51,208 bases of DNA from Flavobacteriales bacterium (GTDB lineage Bacteria; Bacteroidota; Bacteroidia; NS11-12g; UBA955), in assembly GCA_947463435.1 (NCBI GenBank), contig CANHTS010000002.1:1-51208 (forward strand), given 5' to 3'. Below, piece by piece: positions 26,162-34,387 of this stretch (the stretch's first letter is position 1; the number at the start of each line of letters is the position of its first letter). The translations under genes and the position numbers were made by a program. A model generated the notes under the pieces. The model was given only the letters and a program-made list of their open reading frames with translations. It made no database searches and was not told where the DNA came from.

Positions 26162-27114
26162 AAGCCCCCTTTAAACTCCTTTGGCTGGTAATGCGTTTTA
26201 TCGGTCTTTTTATACTGGTTTTTCTGCTTCCTTACGCTGCAGTGGTTGCCTATATCAACTGGAAGGCTTTGCCATTTAACCAAGGTAATTATTACACAGC
26301 CATAGCACATAAACTGCACATGATGGATACCGTTCCGTCGCCGAAGATTGTATGCATTGGTGGTTCGGCTTCTGCTTTTTCAGTTGATGCCGGTCAGTTG
26401 CGCGACAGCACCGGCTTCAAGGTGGTGAATGCTGGTATGTCGGCCGGTATGGGTTACCGCAGCATTCTGACCCTTGCAGCGGACCATCTGAAACCCGGTG
26501 ATATTGCGGTTTTCGTTCTTGAACATGGATTTTATTTCAACCGGCAAAATCAGGGCAACGGCGACAAAACATTTTATGAATTTCTCGCCACCAACCCTTG
26601 GTACTTAAAACAGGTTACCCTCGACCAGTGGATTAACATGCCGGCATTCGTGAATGAAGTGACCTACGCCAACTACAAGCGTTGGAAGGCGGGCAAAGTT
26701 CATGGCGATAAGATTTACCGCAGCAAGGATATCAGCAATTACGGTGACATGGAAAGCCACAAAGGCCAGAAGCCTACCAAGGTGATACCTGCCGTTAAGC
26801 GAATGAAATACCGAAAACCAATGAGTCCGGTTTTTGAAGAATATGCAAATCGCATTTTTGATGACTTACAAAAACGCGGAGTGAAAGTGTTTGTGGCCTA
26901 TCCCGCAGCCAGTGCCACCTATGCCTGGAAGCCCACGCTCGACAAAACAATGTCGGCCAATTTGGACGCCGTCAAATTGGGAAACCCGCATGAAGTAATT
27001 TTCGACGATACGATGTTCTTCGACACTGATTACCATATGCGTTACGAATACCGGAGCAGCTATAATGCAATTTTGGGTCATCACCTCAAGAATGCATTGA
27101 ACGCAAAACCATGA
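26158..27114 (+). CDS. Membrane-anchored SGNH/DltD-like partner of MBOAT copy 2
   Basis: N-terminal TM FIGLFILVFLLPYAAVVAY, Ser block VCIGGSASAFS, and C-terminal MFFDTDYHMR. TGATG overlap with the MBOAT gene. It is only weakly similar to the copy-1 partner. Confidence 0.5.
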   Translation: MQAPFKLLWLVMRFIGLFILVFLLPYAAVVAYINWKALPFNQGNYYTAIAHKLHMMDTVPSPKIVCIGGSASAFSVDAGQLRDSTGFKVVNAGMSAGMGYRSILTLAADHLKPGDIAVFVLEHGFYFNRQNQGNGDKTFYEFLATNPWYLKQVTLDQWINMPAFVNEVTYANYKRWKAGKVHGDKIYRSKDISNYGDMESHKGQKPTKVIPAVKRMKYRKPMSPVFEEYANRIFDDLQKRGVKVFVAYPAASATYAWKPTLDKTMSANLDAVKLGNPHEVIFDDTMFFDTDYHMRYEYRSSYNAILGHHLKNALNAKP

Positions 27115-28115
27115 AGACTGAAATCATCACCGAAATAGCCCAGGCCCACGACGGCAGTCTGGGCATCCTGCACAGTTACATAGATGCGCTCGCCGGTACC
27201 GGCGTCGATACGGTGAAGTTTCAGATGCACATCGCGCATGCTGAAAGCTCAGCCCACGAGCCATTTCGCGTGCCTTTTTCATATGAAGACCCTACGCGTT
27301 ACGACTATTGGAAGCGCATGGAGTTTACGTTTGAACAATGGGAAGGTATAATGCGGCACTGCGCTGAAAAAAACCTGCGTTTCCTGTGTTCGCCTTTTTC
27401 CATAGAAGCCTTTGAATGGCTGGAAAAACTGGGGGCTGAACGCTATAAGATTGCCAGCGGTGAGGTGAGCAATTACCTGCTGCTCGACCGCATTGCCGCC
27501 AGCGGCAAGCCCATCCTGCTCAGTTCGGGGATGAGTGCCTTCAGCGAAATTGAAGCAGCCCTGCAGCGCATTCAATCGCGTTCGGGTATGGTTGAAGCTG
27601 TTTTCCAATGCACTACCAGTTATCCGACTCCACCCGAAGCGGTTGGCTTGAATGTAATTCCGGAGATATTGTCGCGTTGGCAAGTAACAGCTGGCCTGAG
27701 CGACCACAGCGGTGAAATCTGGGCCTCCCTGGCTGCAGTTACCCTTGGAGCCCGGAAACTGGAATTCCATGCAGTGTTTGATAAGCGCATGTTCGGTCCG
27801 GATGCCGGTTCTTCGCTCGATTTGCAACAGATCGCGGAACTCTGCCACGGCGTTCGGGCAATTGAAACCATGCAGGCTCATCCGGCCGATAAAAACGACG
27901 ACAGTCGTTTTTATGCCCTGCGCAACATGTTCGGCAAGTCGCTCGGATTGCGCCGCGAAATGGAAGCAGGTGCAAGCATACAGGCGTACGACCTTGAATC
28001 CAAAAAACCGGGAGGCATGGGTATTCCCGCTTCAGAATACGAATCCATCATCGGCCGCCGCCTGCTTGTTTCCATGCCGGCAGGCAGCTTTCTACAACAG
28101 ACAGACCTCGAATGA
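27111..28115 (+). CDS. neuB: NeuB-family nonulosonic acid synthase (N-acetylneuraminate/legionaminate synthase-like)
   Basis: IITEIAQAHDGSL.., VKFQMH, YKIASGE, ILLSSGMS, GLSDHSG, and a C-terminal SAF-like domain (LRREMEAGASIQAYDL). The N-terminal motif AQAHDG is divergent compared with the usual xNHNG. Confidence 0.8.
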   Translation: MKTEIITEIAQAHDGSLGILHSYIDALAGTGVDTVKFQMHIAHAESSAHEPFRVPFSYEDPTRYDYWKRMEFTFEQWEGIMRHCAEKNLRFLCSPFSIEAFEWLEKLGAERYKIASGEVSNYLLLDRIAASGKPILLSSGMSAFSEIEAALQRIQSRSGMVEAVFQCTTSYPTPPEAVGLNVIPEILSRWQVTAGLSDHSGEIWASLAAVTLGARKLEFHAVFDKRMFGPDAGSSLDLQQIAELCHGVRAIETMQAHPADKNDDSRFYALRNMFGKSLGLRREMEAGASIQAYDLESKKPGGMGIPASEYESIIGRRLLVSMPAGSFLQQTDLE

Positions 28116-29269
28116 CCAGGAAAAAAATATGCGTGGTGGTAACGGCCCGGCCCAGTTACAGCCGTATCCGCACCGCCCTTCAAGCCATCAAGGCACACCC
28201 GGAACTTGAACTGCAGCTGGTGGTTTCTGCCAGTGCCCTGCTCGATAAATACGGCAACGCGGTAGAGTACATTGAAGGCGACGGTTTCCATATCAACGAA
28301 AAGGTCTTCATGGTGCTCGAAGGCAGCAGTCCGACCGGTATGGCCAAAACCACCGGCGTGGGCATCATGGAGCTGGCCACTTCCTTTTACAACCTCGAGC
28401 CCGATATGGTGGTGACCATCGGCGACCGCTACGAAACCATGGCTACCGCAGTGGCTGCTTCCTACATGAATATACCACTCGTGCATGTGCAGGGTGGTGA
28501 GGTAACCGGCAACATCGACGAAAAGGTCCGGCATGCCATCACCAAGCTTTCCGATCTCCACCTGGTTGCCTCGGAAGATGCCCGCGAACGTCTGGTGCGC
28601 ATGGGAGAAGTGCCCGGTCGCATCCACCTCACGGGTTGCCCGAGCATCGACCTGGCTGAAGAAGTGCGGTTGAACCCGGCCCTCGATTTTGATCCCGTTG
28701 GCCGTTACGGCGGTGTTGGTGCCGAGATCGATATCCGGCAGCCCTATATCGTTGTGATGCAGCATCCTGTAACCACCGAGTTTGAAGCAGCAGTCGACCA
28801 GGCCAATCAAACCATGGAAGCCGTGCTCGCCAGCGGTGTGCAGGCCCTTTGGTTCTGGCCCAATGTGGATGCCGGTTCTGATGGCACCAGCAATGCATTG
28901 CGCCGGTACAGAGAAAACAGAAGAGACCTGCCTGTTCGGTTCTTTAAGAATATGGAAGGCCGCGACTTCCTGCGCTTGTTGGTGAACAGCCGCTGCCTGA
29001 TTGGTAACAGCAGCGTGGGCATACGCGAATGCAGCTATCTGGGCGTGCCGGTGGTCAATATTGGCAGCAGGCAAAACCGCCGCGAACGCGGTCCCAATGT
29101 GTTGGATACCGGCTATACAAAAGAAGAAATCCTTGCCGCCATCCAACAACAACTCGCCCATGGGCCCCATGCCAAGGCTACCATTTACGGCGATGGCGAC
29201 GCAGGTACCCGCATCGCCGATGTGCTCGCAAGCCAATCGCCCGGAATCGCCAAGGTGATACAATATTAA
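28112..29269 (+). CDS. neuC: UDP-N-acetylglucosamine 2-epimerase (hydrolysing), NeuC/LegG type
   Basis: KICVVVTARPSY, IGDRYETMA, PLVHVQGGEVTGNIDE, and HLTGCPSIDL. ATGA overlap with neuB. Confidence 0.86.
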   Translation: MTRKKICVVVTARPSYSRIRTALQAIKAHPELELQLVVSASALLDKYGNAVEYIEGDGFHINEKVFMVLEGSSPTGMAKTTGVGIMELATSFYNLEPDMVVTIGDRYETMATAVAASYMNIPLVHVQGGEVTGNIDEKVRHAITKLSDLHLVASEDARERLVRMGEVPGRIHLTGCPSIDLAEEVRLNPALDFDPVGRYGGVGAEIDIRQPYIVVMQHPVTTEFEAAVDQANQTMEAVLASGVQALWFWPNVDAGSDGTSNALRRYRENRRDLPVRFFKNMEGRDFLRLLVNSRCLIGNSSVGIRECSYLGVPVVNIGSRQNRRERGPNVLDTGYTKEEILAAIQQQLAHGPHAKATIYGDGDAGTRIADVLASQSPGIAKVIQY

Positions 29270-29294
29270 ACAGGTTCCCAACGCGGTTTCAAAC

Positions 29295-29993
29295 ATGAAA
29301 ATTCTGAGCGTAATTCCATTGCGCGGAGGCAGCAAGGGTATTCCTGGCAAGAATATCCGAAAGCTGGGTGGTAAACCCCTTTTCATGTGGACAGTTGAAT
29401 CGGCCCGCGAAGCAGGAATAGATGCGCATCTTTATGTGAATACCGACGATAATGCGATAGCCGGTGCCGCCGAAGAAGCCGGTGTCCTGGTTTACAGAAG
29501 GCCGGCAGAACTGGGCGGCGACAACGTGCCGACCATCGCCGTTTTACAAGAAATGCTGCTGGGCCTTGAAGCGCAGGGTGAAAAATTCGACGCTTTGTTA
29601 TTGTTGCAGGCTACGTATCCGTTTCGTCCGTCCGGAATGATTGCTGCGGCTTTAAAGGCGTACCGGGAAGATCGTTCAGATTCCCTTGTATCGGTCTTGC
29701 AGGTTCCCCATCAATTCAATCCGCACTGGGTATTTGAAGCGGAAGGCCGGCATTTGCGCATAGCCACGGGCGAAGACGACATCATCAAACGCAGACAGGA
29801 TCTGCCGCCCGCCTACTACCGCGATGGCGCATTGTATATATCAGATGTTGCACTGATCAGAGAAGGAAAATCATTACTGGGTCAGCGTTTGTCGTATGTA
29901 CTTTCAGATCCGGAGCGATACGTCAATATCGACCACGAAGAAGACTGGCAATTGGCAGAGCAGCGCTATCGGTCGCTTTTTGCACAATCCTGA
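29295..29993 (+). CDS. neuA: Acylneuraminate (CMP-nonulosonate) cytidylyltransferase
   Basis: ILSVIPLRGGSKGIPGKNIRKLGGKPL, YVNTDD, and LLLQATYPFR. CTP_transf_3 family. Confidence 0.86.
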   Translation: MKILSVIPLRGGSKGIPGKNIRKLGGKPLFMWTVESAREAGIDAHLYVNTDDNAIAGAAEEAGVLVYRRPAELGGDNVPTIAVLQEMLLGLEAQGEKFDALLLLQATYPFRPSGMIAAALKAYREDRSDSLVSVLQVPHQFNPHWVFEAEGRHLRIATGEDDIIKRRQDLPPAYYRDGALYISDVALIREGKSLLGQRLSYVLSDPERYVNIDHEEDWQLAEQRYRSLFAQS

Positions 29994-29997
29994 ACAC

Positions 29998-31581
29998 ATG
30001 AAGGTTTACGCATGTCACTTACTGAATAGCGAAGAAGCCGCCAAAGCAAGCGCGGCGGGCACCGATGTGGTGGTTTGCAACGGCGTGAACCCTGGTTTGG
30101 GAGACTGGCCTTTCCAAATTATTGATGCGAATGAATTCCGTATACAAGCGAGCCATCGCGCATTTGATGCGAACAGGGAGCTGTACGAAAAACAGGTTGC
30201 GTGTAAATGGCCTGCTGCGTTTGCATTCCGGGGAATCGAGCTATGGGATGCGTATCTGAAAGCCGTACTTTGGAGCAACAGAAAGACTGCCCACCTTGAA
30301 GAAGCCATAGCAAGCCTCGGTCCGGATGCCCGGGTCATTCACCGGGTTCCTTTGCATCATGGAAGTCGTTTGCGGTGTGCATTTTCACTTGCTAAGACTA
30401 TGCTGCGCAAACTGCGTGGAGGCCCATTCCGGCTGCCTGAACTGGCCGTACCGCAAGAACGTAAGCTAGGTTTTCTGGTTGACAACATTTTTGGTTTCAA
30501 CCTGATACAGCGCATTTATCAGGCTTTTCCCGGTCAAAGCGTGTTGGTATTGCCACCGCATCATACCTTCAAAGACAATGAAATAGCAGCGCTGAAGGCG
30601 GAAGGGTACCAATTGGTGATTTGCCCGCCCGCTACCTGGGTGCATATACCTTTTACACTGCCATTTGTGTTTGGCGGTCCGACAGCCTGGTATGTACAGC
30701 AGATGCTCCGAAACGAACAGGCCGTCAGTTCTTGCCTGGCATGGGGTCAGGCCTTGATGGAAAGTTCCTTGCGTGTATTGGTAACCATCGCGCAGGAAAA
30801 CACCCCGGAGGGGCATATCCTTGGGCGCATGGCAGCCCGTGAAGGCAAACAGGTAGTCAATGTGATGAACGGTATTAAGTATGGTGAATCGAATGACCGG
30901 CTTGTGCAGTTCCAATGCTGGATGGTGTGGGATGAACCATTGCGGCAACTCCTTCTCCGGCATACCGGTTTGCCGAAAGAGCGTTTGTACATTGGGGGCA
31001 ATTTGTCACGCGACAATATCCGCGACCATGTATACAGCGGCAATATTCCCGTGAGCGAAGCAGAGCGGGCAAGCAAGCGCATCATCAGTATTATTTCCAC
31101 CCGCGACTTGCGCCGCGATAAGGTGACGGCATTGGCCACACTTTATACATGGGCGGCGAAGCAACCGGATGTAATCCTCCTATACCGCCCGCATCCTTCG
31201 GAGAAAGAAGACAGTTACTACCTGCCGGCAAGCGATTCGGGTATCGATATCCGGATGGTAAGGCCCGATGCTTCGGTAGCCCAAAAAAGCCTCCTGGACC
31301 AGCTGATGAGCAGCGATCTTACCATTAACTTTGGAAGCACCGTGAGCATTGAAGCGTTATGGATGAAGGCCCGCTGCATCACCTTTGAAATGAAACCGGC
31401 CAGCTGGTTGTACTGTGTGGATGGACAAACCCTGTTGCACATCAACAGCCGCGAAGGGCTGCTGGATGCGCTGCAGGACTGCCGTTTCCAACCCAAGGCA
31501 GGCAGTGTCGTAAGCGGGGATCAGGAACCCTATTCCTGGGAAAAACACGCCAATTATATTCGGCCTCTTATTCAGGCATAA
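29998..31581 (+). CDS. Uncharacterised 527-aa protein; candidate GT-B nonulosonic-acid (sialyl-type) transferase with an HP motif
   Basis: C-terminal LYRPHPSE-(44 aa)-FGSTVSIEALWMKAR has the same spacing and signature as the ORF at 11052. It lies directly downstream of neuA. ATG 29998 is used; the track start 29896 lies inside neuA. Confidence 0.5.
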   Translation: MKVYACHLLNSEEAAKASAAGTDVVVCNGVNPGLGDWPFQIIDANEFRIQASHRAFDANRELYEKQVACKWPAAFAFRGIELWDAYLKAVLWSNRKTAHLEEAIASLGPDARVIHRVPLHHGSRLRCAFSLAKTMLRKLRGGPFRLPELAVPQERKLGFLVDNIFGFNLIQRIYQAFPGQSVLVLPPHHTFKDNEIAALKAEGYQLVICPPATWVHIPFTLPFVFGGPTAWYVQQMLRNEQAVSSCLAWGQALMESSLRVLVTIAQENTPEGHILGRMAAREGKQVVNVMNGIKYGESNDRLVQFQCWMVWDEPLRQLLLRHTGLPKERLYIGGNLSRDNIRDHVYSGNIPVSEAERASKRIISIISTRDLRRDKVTALATLYTWAAKQPDVILLYRPHPSEKEDSYYLPASDSGIDIRMVRPDASVAQKSLLDQLMSSDLTINFGSTVSIEALWMKARCITFEMKPASWLYCVDGQTLLHINSREGLLDALQDCRFQPKAGSVVSGDQEPYSWEKHANYIRPLIQA

Positions 31582-31602
31582 CCACAATCAGCAATACTGC
31601 CC

Positions 31603-32334
31603 ATGAGCAATCCGCATATCTCTACCCTCTCCATTGTCATTCCGGCATACAACGAAGAGAAGACCATCCACCTGATCCTCGATAAGGTGCGCGATGTTCA
31701 GATCGTTGACGGAATCAAAAAGGAGGTCATCATCGTCAACGACTGTTCGAAAGACGGCACAGAAGGCGCCATTCGCCGGTACATGGAAGCCAATCCGGAA
31801 TTGAATATACAGTACCGCGCCCACGAAGTGAACCAGGGCAAAGGCGCTGCCCTGCATACCGGTATCCGCGAAGCTACCGGCGATTACATTATCATCCAGG
31901 ATGCCGATCTGGAATACGATCCGGAGGAATACAATGTGCTCCTCAAGCCCGTCATCAGTGGATTTGCGGATGTAGTGTACGGCAGCCGCTTCATGGGAGG
32001 AAACCCGCACCGAAGGCTGTTCTTCTGGCATTCCATCGGCAACAAGGGGCTAACCTTCCTCAGCAACATGTTCACCAACCTCAACCTTACGGACATGGAA
32101 ACCTGCTACAAGCTTTTCCGCCGCGACATCGTTCAGGGCTTGAAGCTGAAGGAAAAGCGCTTCGGCTTCGAACCGGAAGTAACAGCCAAGATTGCCTGCA
32201 TCAAAGGCATCCGCATTTACGAAGTGGGCATCAGCTATTACGGCCGCACATTCGAAGAAGGTAAGAAAATCGGCATGAAAGACGCTTTCCGCGCCCTTTA
32301 CTGCATCATCAAATACAACATTTTCTCCCGCTGA
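31603..32334 (+). CDS. GT2 polyprenyl-phosphate glycosyltransferase (DPM1/GtrB/ArnC-like)
   Basis: [30 protein letters not shown], and [10 protein letters not shown]. 243 aa and soluble. Confidence 0.86.
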   Translation: MSNPHISTLSIVIPAYNEEKTIHLILDKVRDVQIVDGIKKEVIIVNDCSKDGTEGAIRRYMEANPELNIQYRAHEVNQGKGAALHTGIREATGDYIIIQDADLEYDPEEYNVLLKPVISGFADVVYGSRFMGGNPHRRLFFWHSIGNKGLTFLSNMFTNLNLTDMETCYKLFRRDIVQGLKLKEKRFGFEPEVTAKIACIKGIRIYEVGISYYGRTFEEGKKIGMKDAFRALYCIIKYNIFSR

Positions 32335-32336
32335 AT

Positions 32337-33086
32337 ATGACCAAACCCCACGATTCATTCGCATTCAAAGAGGTAGATCAGGAAGGGCTCGAAACCCTCG
32401 ACGCCATCTCCGAAGCCCACCGCTTTAACCGGTGGATGTACGAAACCATTCGCCCATGGTGCAAAGGAGAAATCCTGGAAGTAGGCAGCGGCATCGGCAA
32501 TATTTCCCGCTTCTTCCTGGAAGAGGGAAAACAACTCACCCTCAGCGACCTGCGCGATAATTACCTGGGTTATCTGAAGGATGAATTCGCCGGACAGAAC
32601 GCGTTGCGCGCCATCATCAACCTCGACCTCGTGCATCCGGATTTTGATGCGGTTTATGCCGACCAGCTCGGAAAATACGATACCGTCTTTGCCCTCAACG
32701 TGGTCGAACATATCGAGAACGACAGGCTCGCCCTTGCCAATATCCGCAAGCTCCTGCGCCAGAACGGCCATTGTGTGATCCTGGTTCCTGCCTACCAAAC
32801 CCTTTACAACCGCTTCGATAAAGAGCTGGAACATTACCGCCGCTATACCAAGAGCACCCTCGGTGCAGCCATGAGCGATGCTGGTTACCGCATCGCGCAC
32901 AAGCAGCATTTCAACGCCATGGGCATACCCGGCTGGTATATCAGCGGCAAGCTGCAACAGAACAAAACCATTCCCAAAGGGCAGATGTCGCTCTACAATA
33001 CCCTCGTTCCGGCTTTCCGTCTGGTAGACAAGGTATTGTTCAACCAGATCGGCCTGTCGGTGATCGCCGTCGGCGTTAAAGACTGA
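32337..33086 (+). CDS. Class I SAM-dependent methyltransferase
   Basis: Motif I ILEVGSGIGNIS; post-I and II LNVVEHIEND. 249 aa. Confidence 0.85.
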   Translation: MTKPHDSFAFKEVDQEGLETLDAISEAHRFNRWMYETIRPWCKGEILEVGSGIGNISRFFLEEGKQLTLSDLRDNYLGYLKDEFAGQNALRAIINLDLVHPDFDAVYADQLGKYDTVFALNVVEHIENDRLALANIRKLLRQNGHCVILVPAYQTLYNRFDKELEHYRRYTKSTLGAAMSDAGYRIAHKQHFNAMGIPGWYISGKLQQNKTIPKGQMSLYNTLVPAFRLVDKVLFNQIGLSVIAVGVKD

Positions 33087-33091
33087 AACCC

Positions 33092-34387
33092 ATGTTGAAG
33101 GGATTGCAAAGACAGCATTTAATTCTCGGTGCGGCCCTCCTGCTCTGGTTTGGCCTGATGAGCTGGTTGCTGCATCTGCCCGGCAACGCTGCCGATCCGC
33201 AATTCGTTCCGCCCGATGCGATCAGCTATGAACAGGCCGGGCAGGCCCTGCTGAAAGGCGAAACCAGTCCGATCAGGCCTTGGGGCTATGCGTTGCTCAC
33301 CGCCATCGGCAACGGCGTCAGCCAGGGGGCCGTTCAGCCGATCTTGTTGTTCCTGCACGTGCTGTGCTGGCTGATGACAGGCCTGTTGTTGTACCGCGTT
33401 TCCGAAACATACCTGCAAGGCAAATGGAAATACCTGCCGGTGTTGGTGTTTGCGTTGTCGCCTTCGCATATCGTCTTCGCCTGGCTCACCCTCACAGAAA
33501 CCGTCTTCACTTTTCTCCTCATCCTGGCAGCCTGGCTGATGTCCTTCTTTGTGCAACAGCCGGATAAGCCACAGCGGCTCATCTGGGTCAACATCGTGCT
33601 GGCTTTTGCCTGTGTGGTGCGGCCTTCGCTGCAGTTGCCGATGCTCGTAATGCTGTTGTGGACGGCCTGGGAACTCTGGTTCCGCACCCCGCGCAAGCCC
33701 CTGGTTTTCCTTGCCGCCTTTTTGGGTGTCTTCCTCATCATCGGCTTCCAGGCGAACCGCATGCACCGGCAGTACGGGCAATACACGCTTTCCTTCATCG
33801 GCAAAATGGCCTGGTACGAATACCTGGGCGCCGGTTCGCAAGCCCTGGCCGAACAACGCGATCTCCGTGTGGTGCGCCACGAACGCGATTCCACGGAGGT
33901 GGCCCAATTCGCCACGTTTGAAGGCGGAGCCGCTTATTGGAAACAGCGCTGCGATTTTTACGACGCCGATTTCAAGGCGCAATGGCAGGCACACAAACCC
34001 TTGATATTCAAGGCCTGGCTCATAAATATCCTCCAGAACACCCGCGAACCGGGAGCCGGATTGTCGACCCTGAATGCCAAGGGAAGCGCACCCGGTTTCA
34101 ACGCGATCCGCCTTATGGCATACAAAGGCAGCGGATACCTCAACATGGCGATGAATTACCTGCTCATGCCGGTGCTTTTGCTCCTGTTGGCCTTCCGTTG
34201 GTGGAAAGACCGGCGTTGGCTGCCCGAGGGGCAAACCCTTGCTGCTGCCTTCGCATTGCTCCTTTCCTTGTTCCTCTTGCTCAGCTCGGGCGCGAGCATG
34301 TGGCAGGGCGACAGGTTCAGCATGGTTTACTATCCCCTGATCCTCTTCAGCCTTGTATTGCTTGTGCCGAAAGCAAAAAACGCATGA
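33092..34387 (+). CDS. Polytopic membrane protein, GT-C (ArnT/PMT, GT39/83-like) glycosyltransferase candidate
   Basis: 431 aa with at least 9 hydrophobic segments. There is an acidic motif in the first loop (PPDAISYEQ). It follows the polyprenyl-P GT2 gene. Confidence 0.6.
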   Translation: MLKGLQRQHLILGAALLLWFGLMSWLLHLPGNAADPQFVPPDAISYEQAGQALLKGETSPIRPWGYALLTAIGNGVSQGAVQPILLFLHVLCWLMTGLLLYRVSETYLQGKWKYLPVLVFALSPSHIVFAWLTLTETVFTFLLILAAWLMSFFVQQPDKPQRLIWVNIVLAFACVVRPSLQLPMLVMLLWTAWELWFRTPRKPLVFLAAFLGVFLIIGFQANRMHRQYGQYTLSFIGKMAWYEYLGAGSQALAEQRDLRVVRHERDSTEVAQFATFEGGAAYWKQRCDFYDADFKAQWQAHKPLIFKAWLINILQNTREPGAGLSTLNAKGSAPGFNAIRLMAYKGSGYLNMAMNYLLMPVLLLLLAFRWWKDRRWLPEGQTLAAAFALLLSLFLLLSSGASMWQGDRFSMVYYPLILFSLVLLVPKAKNA

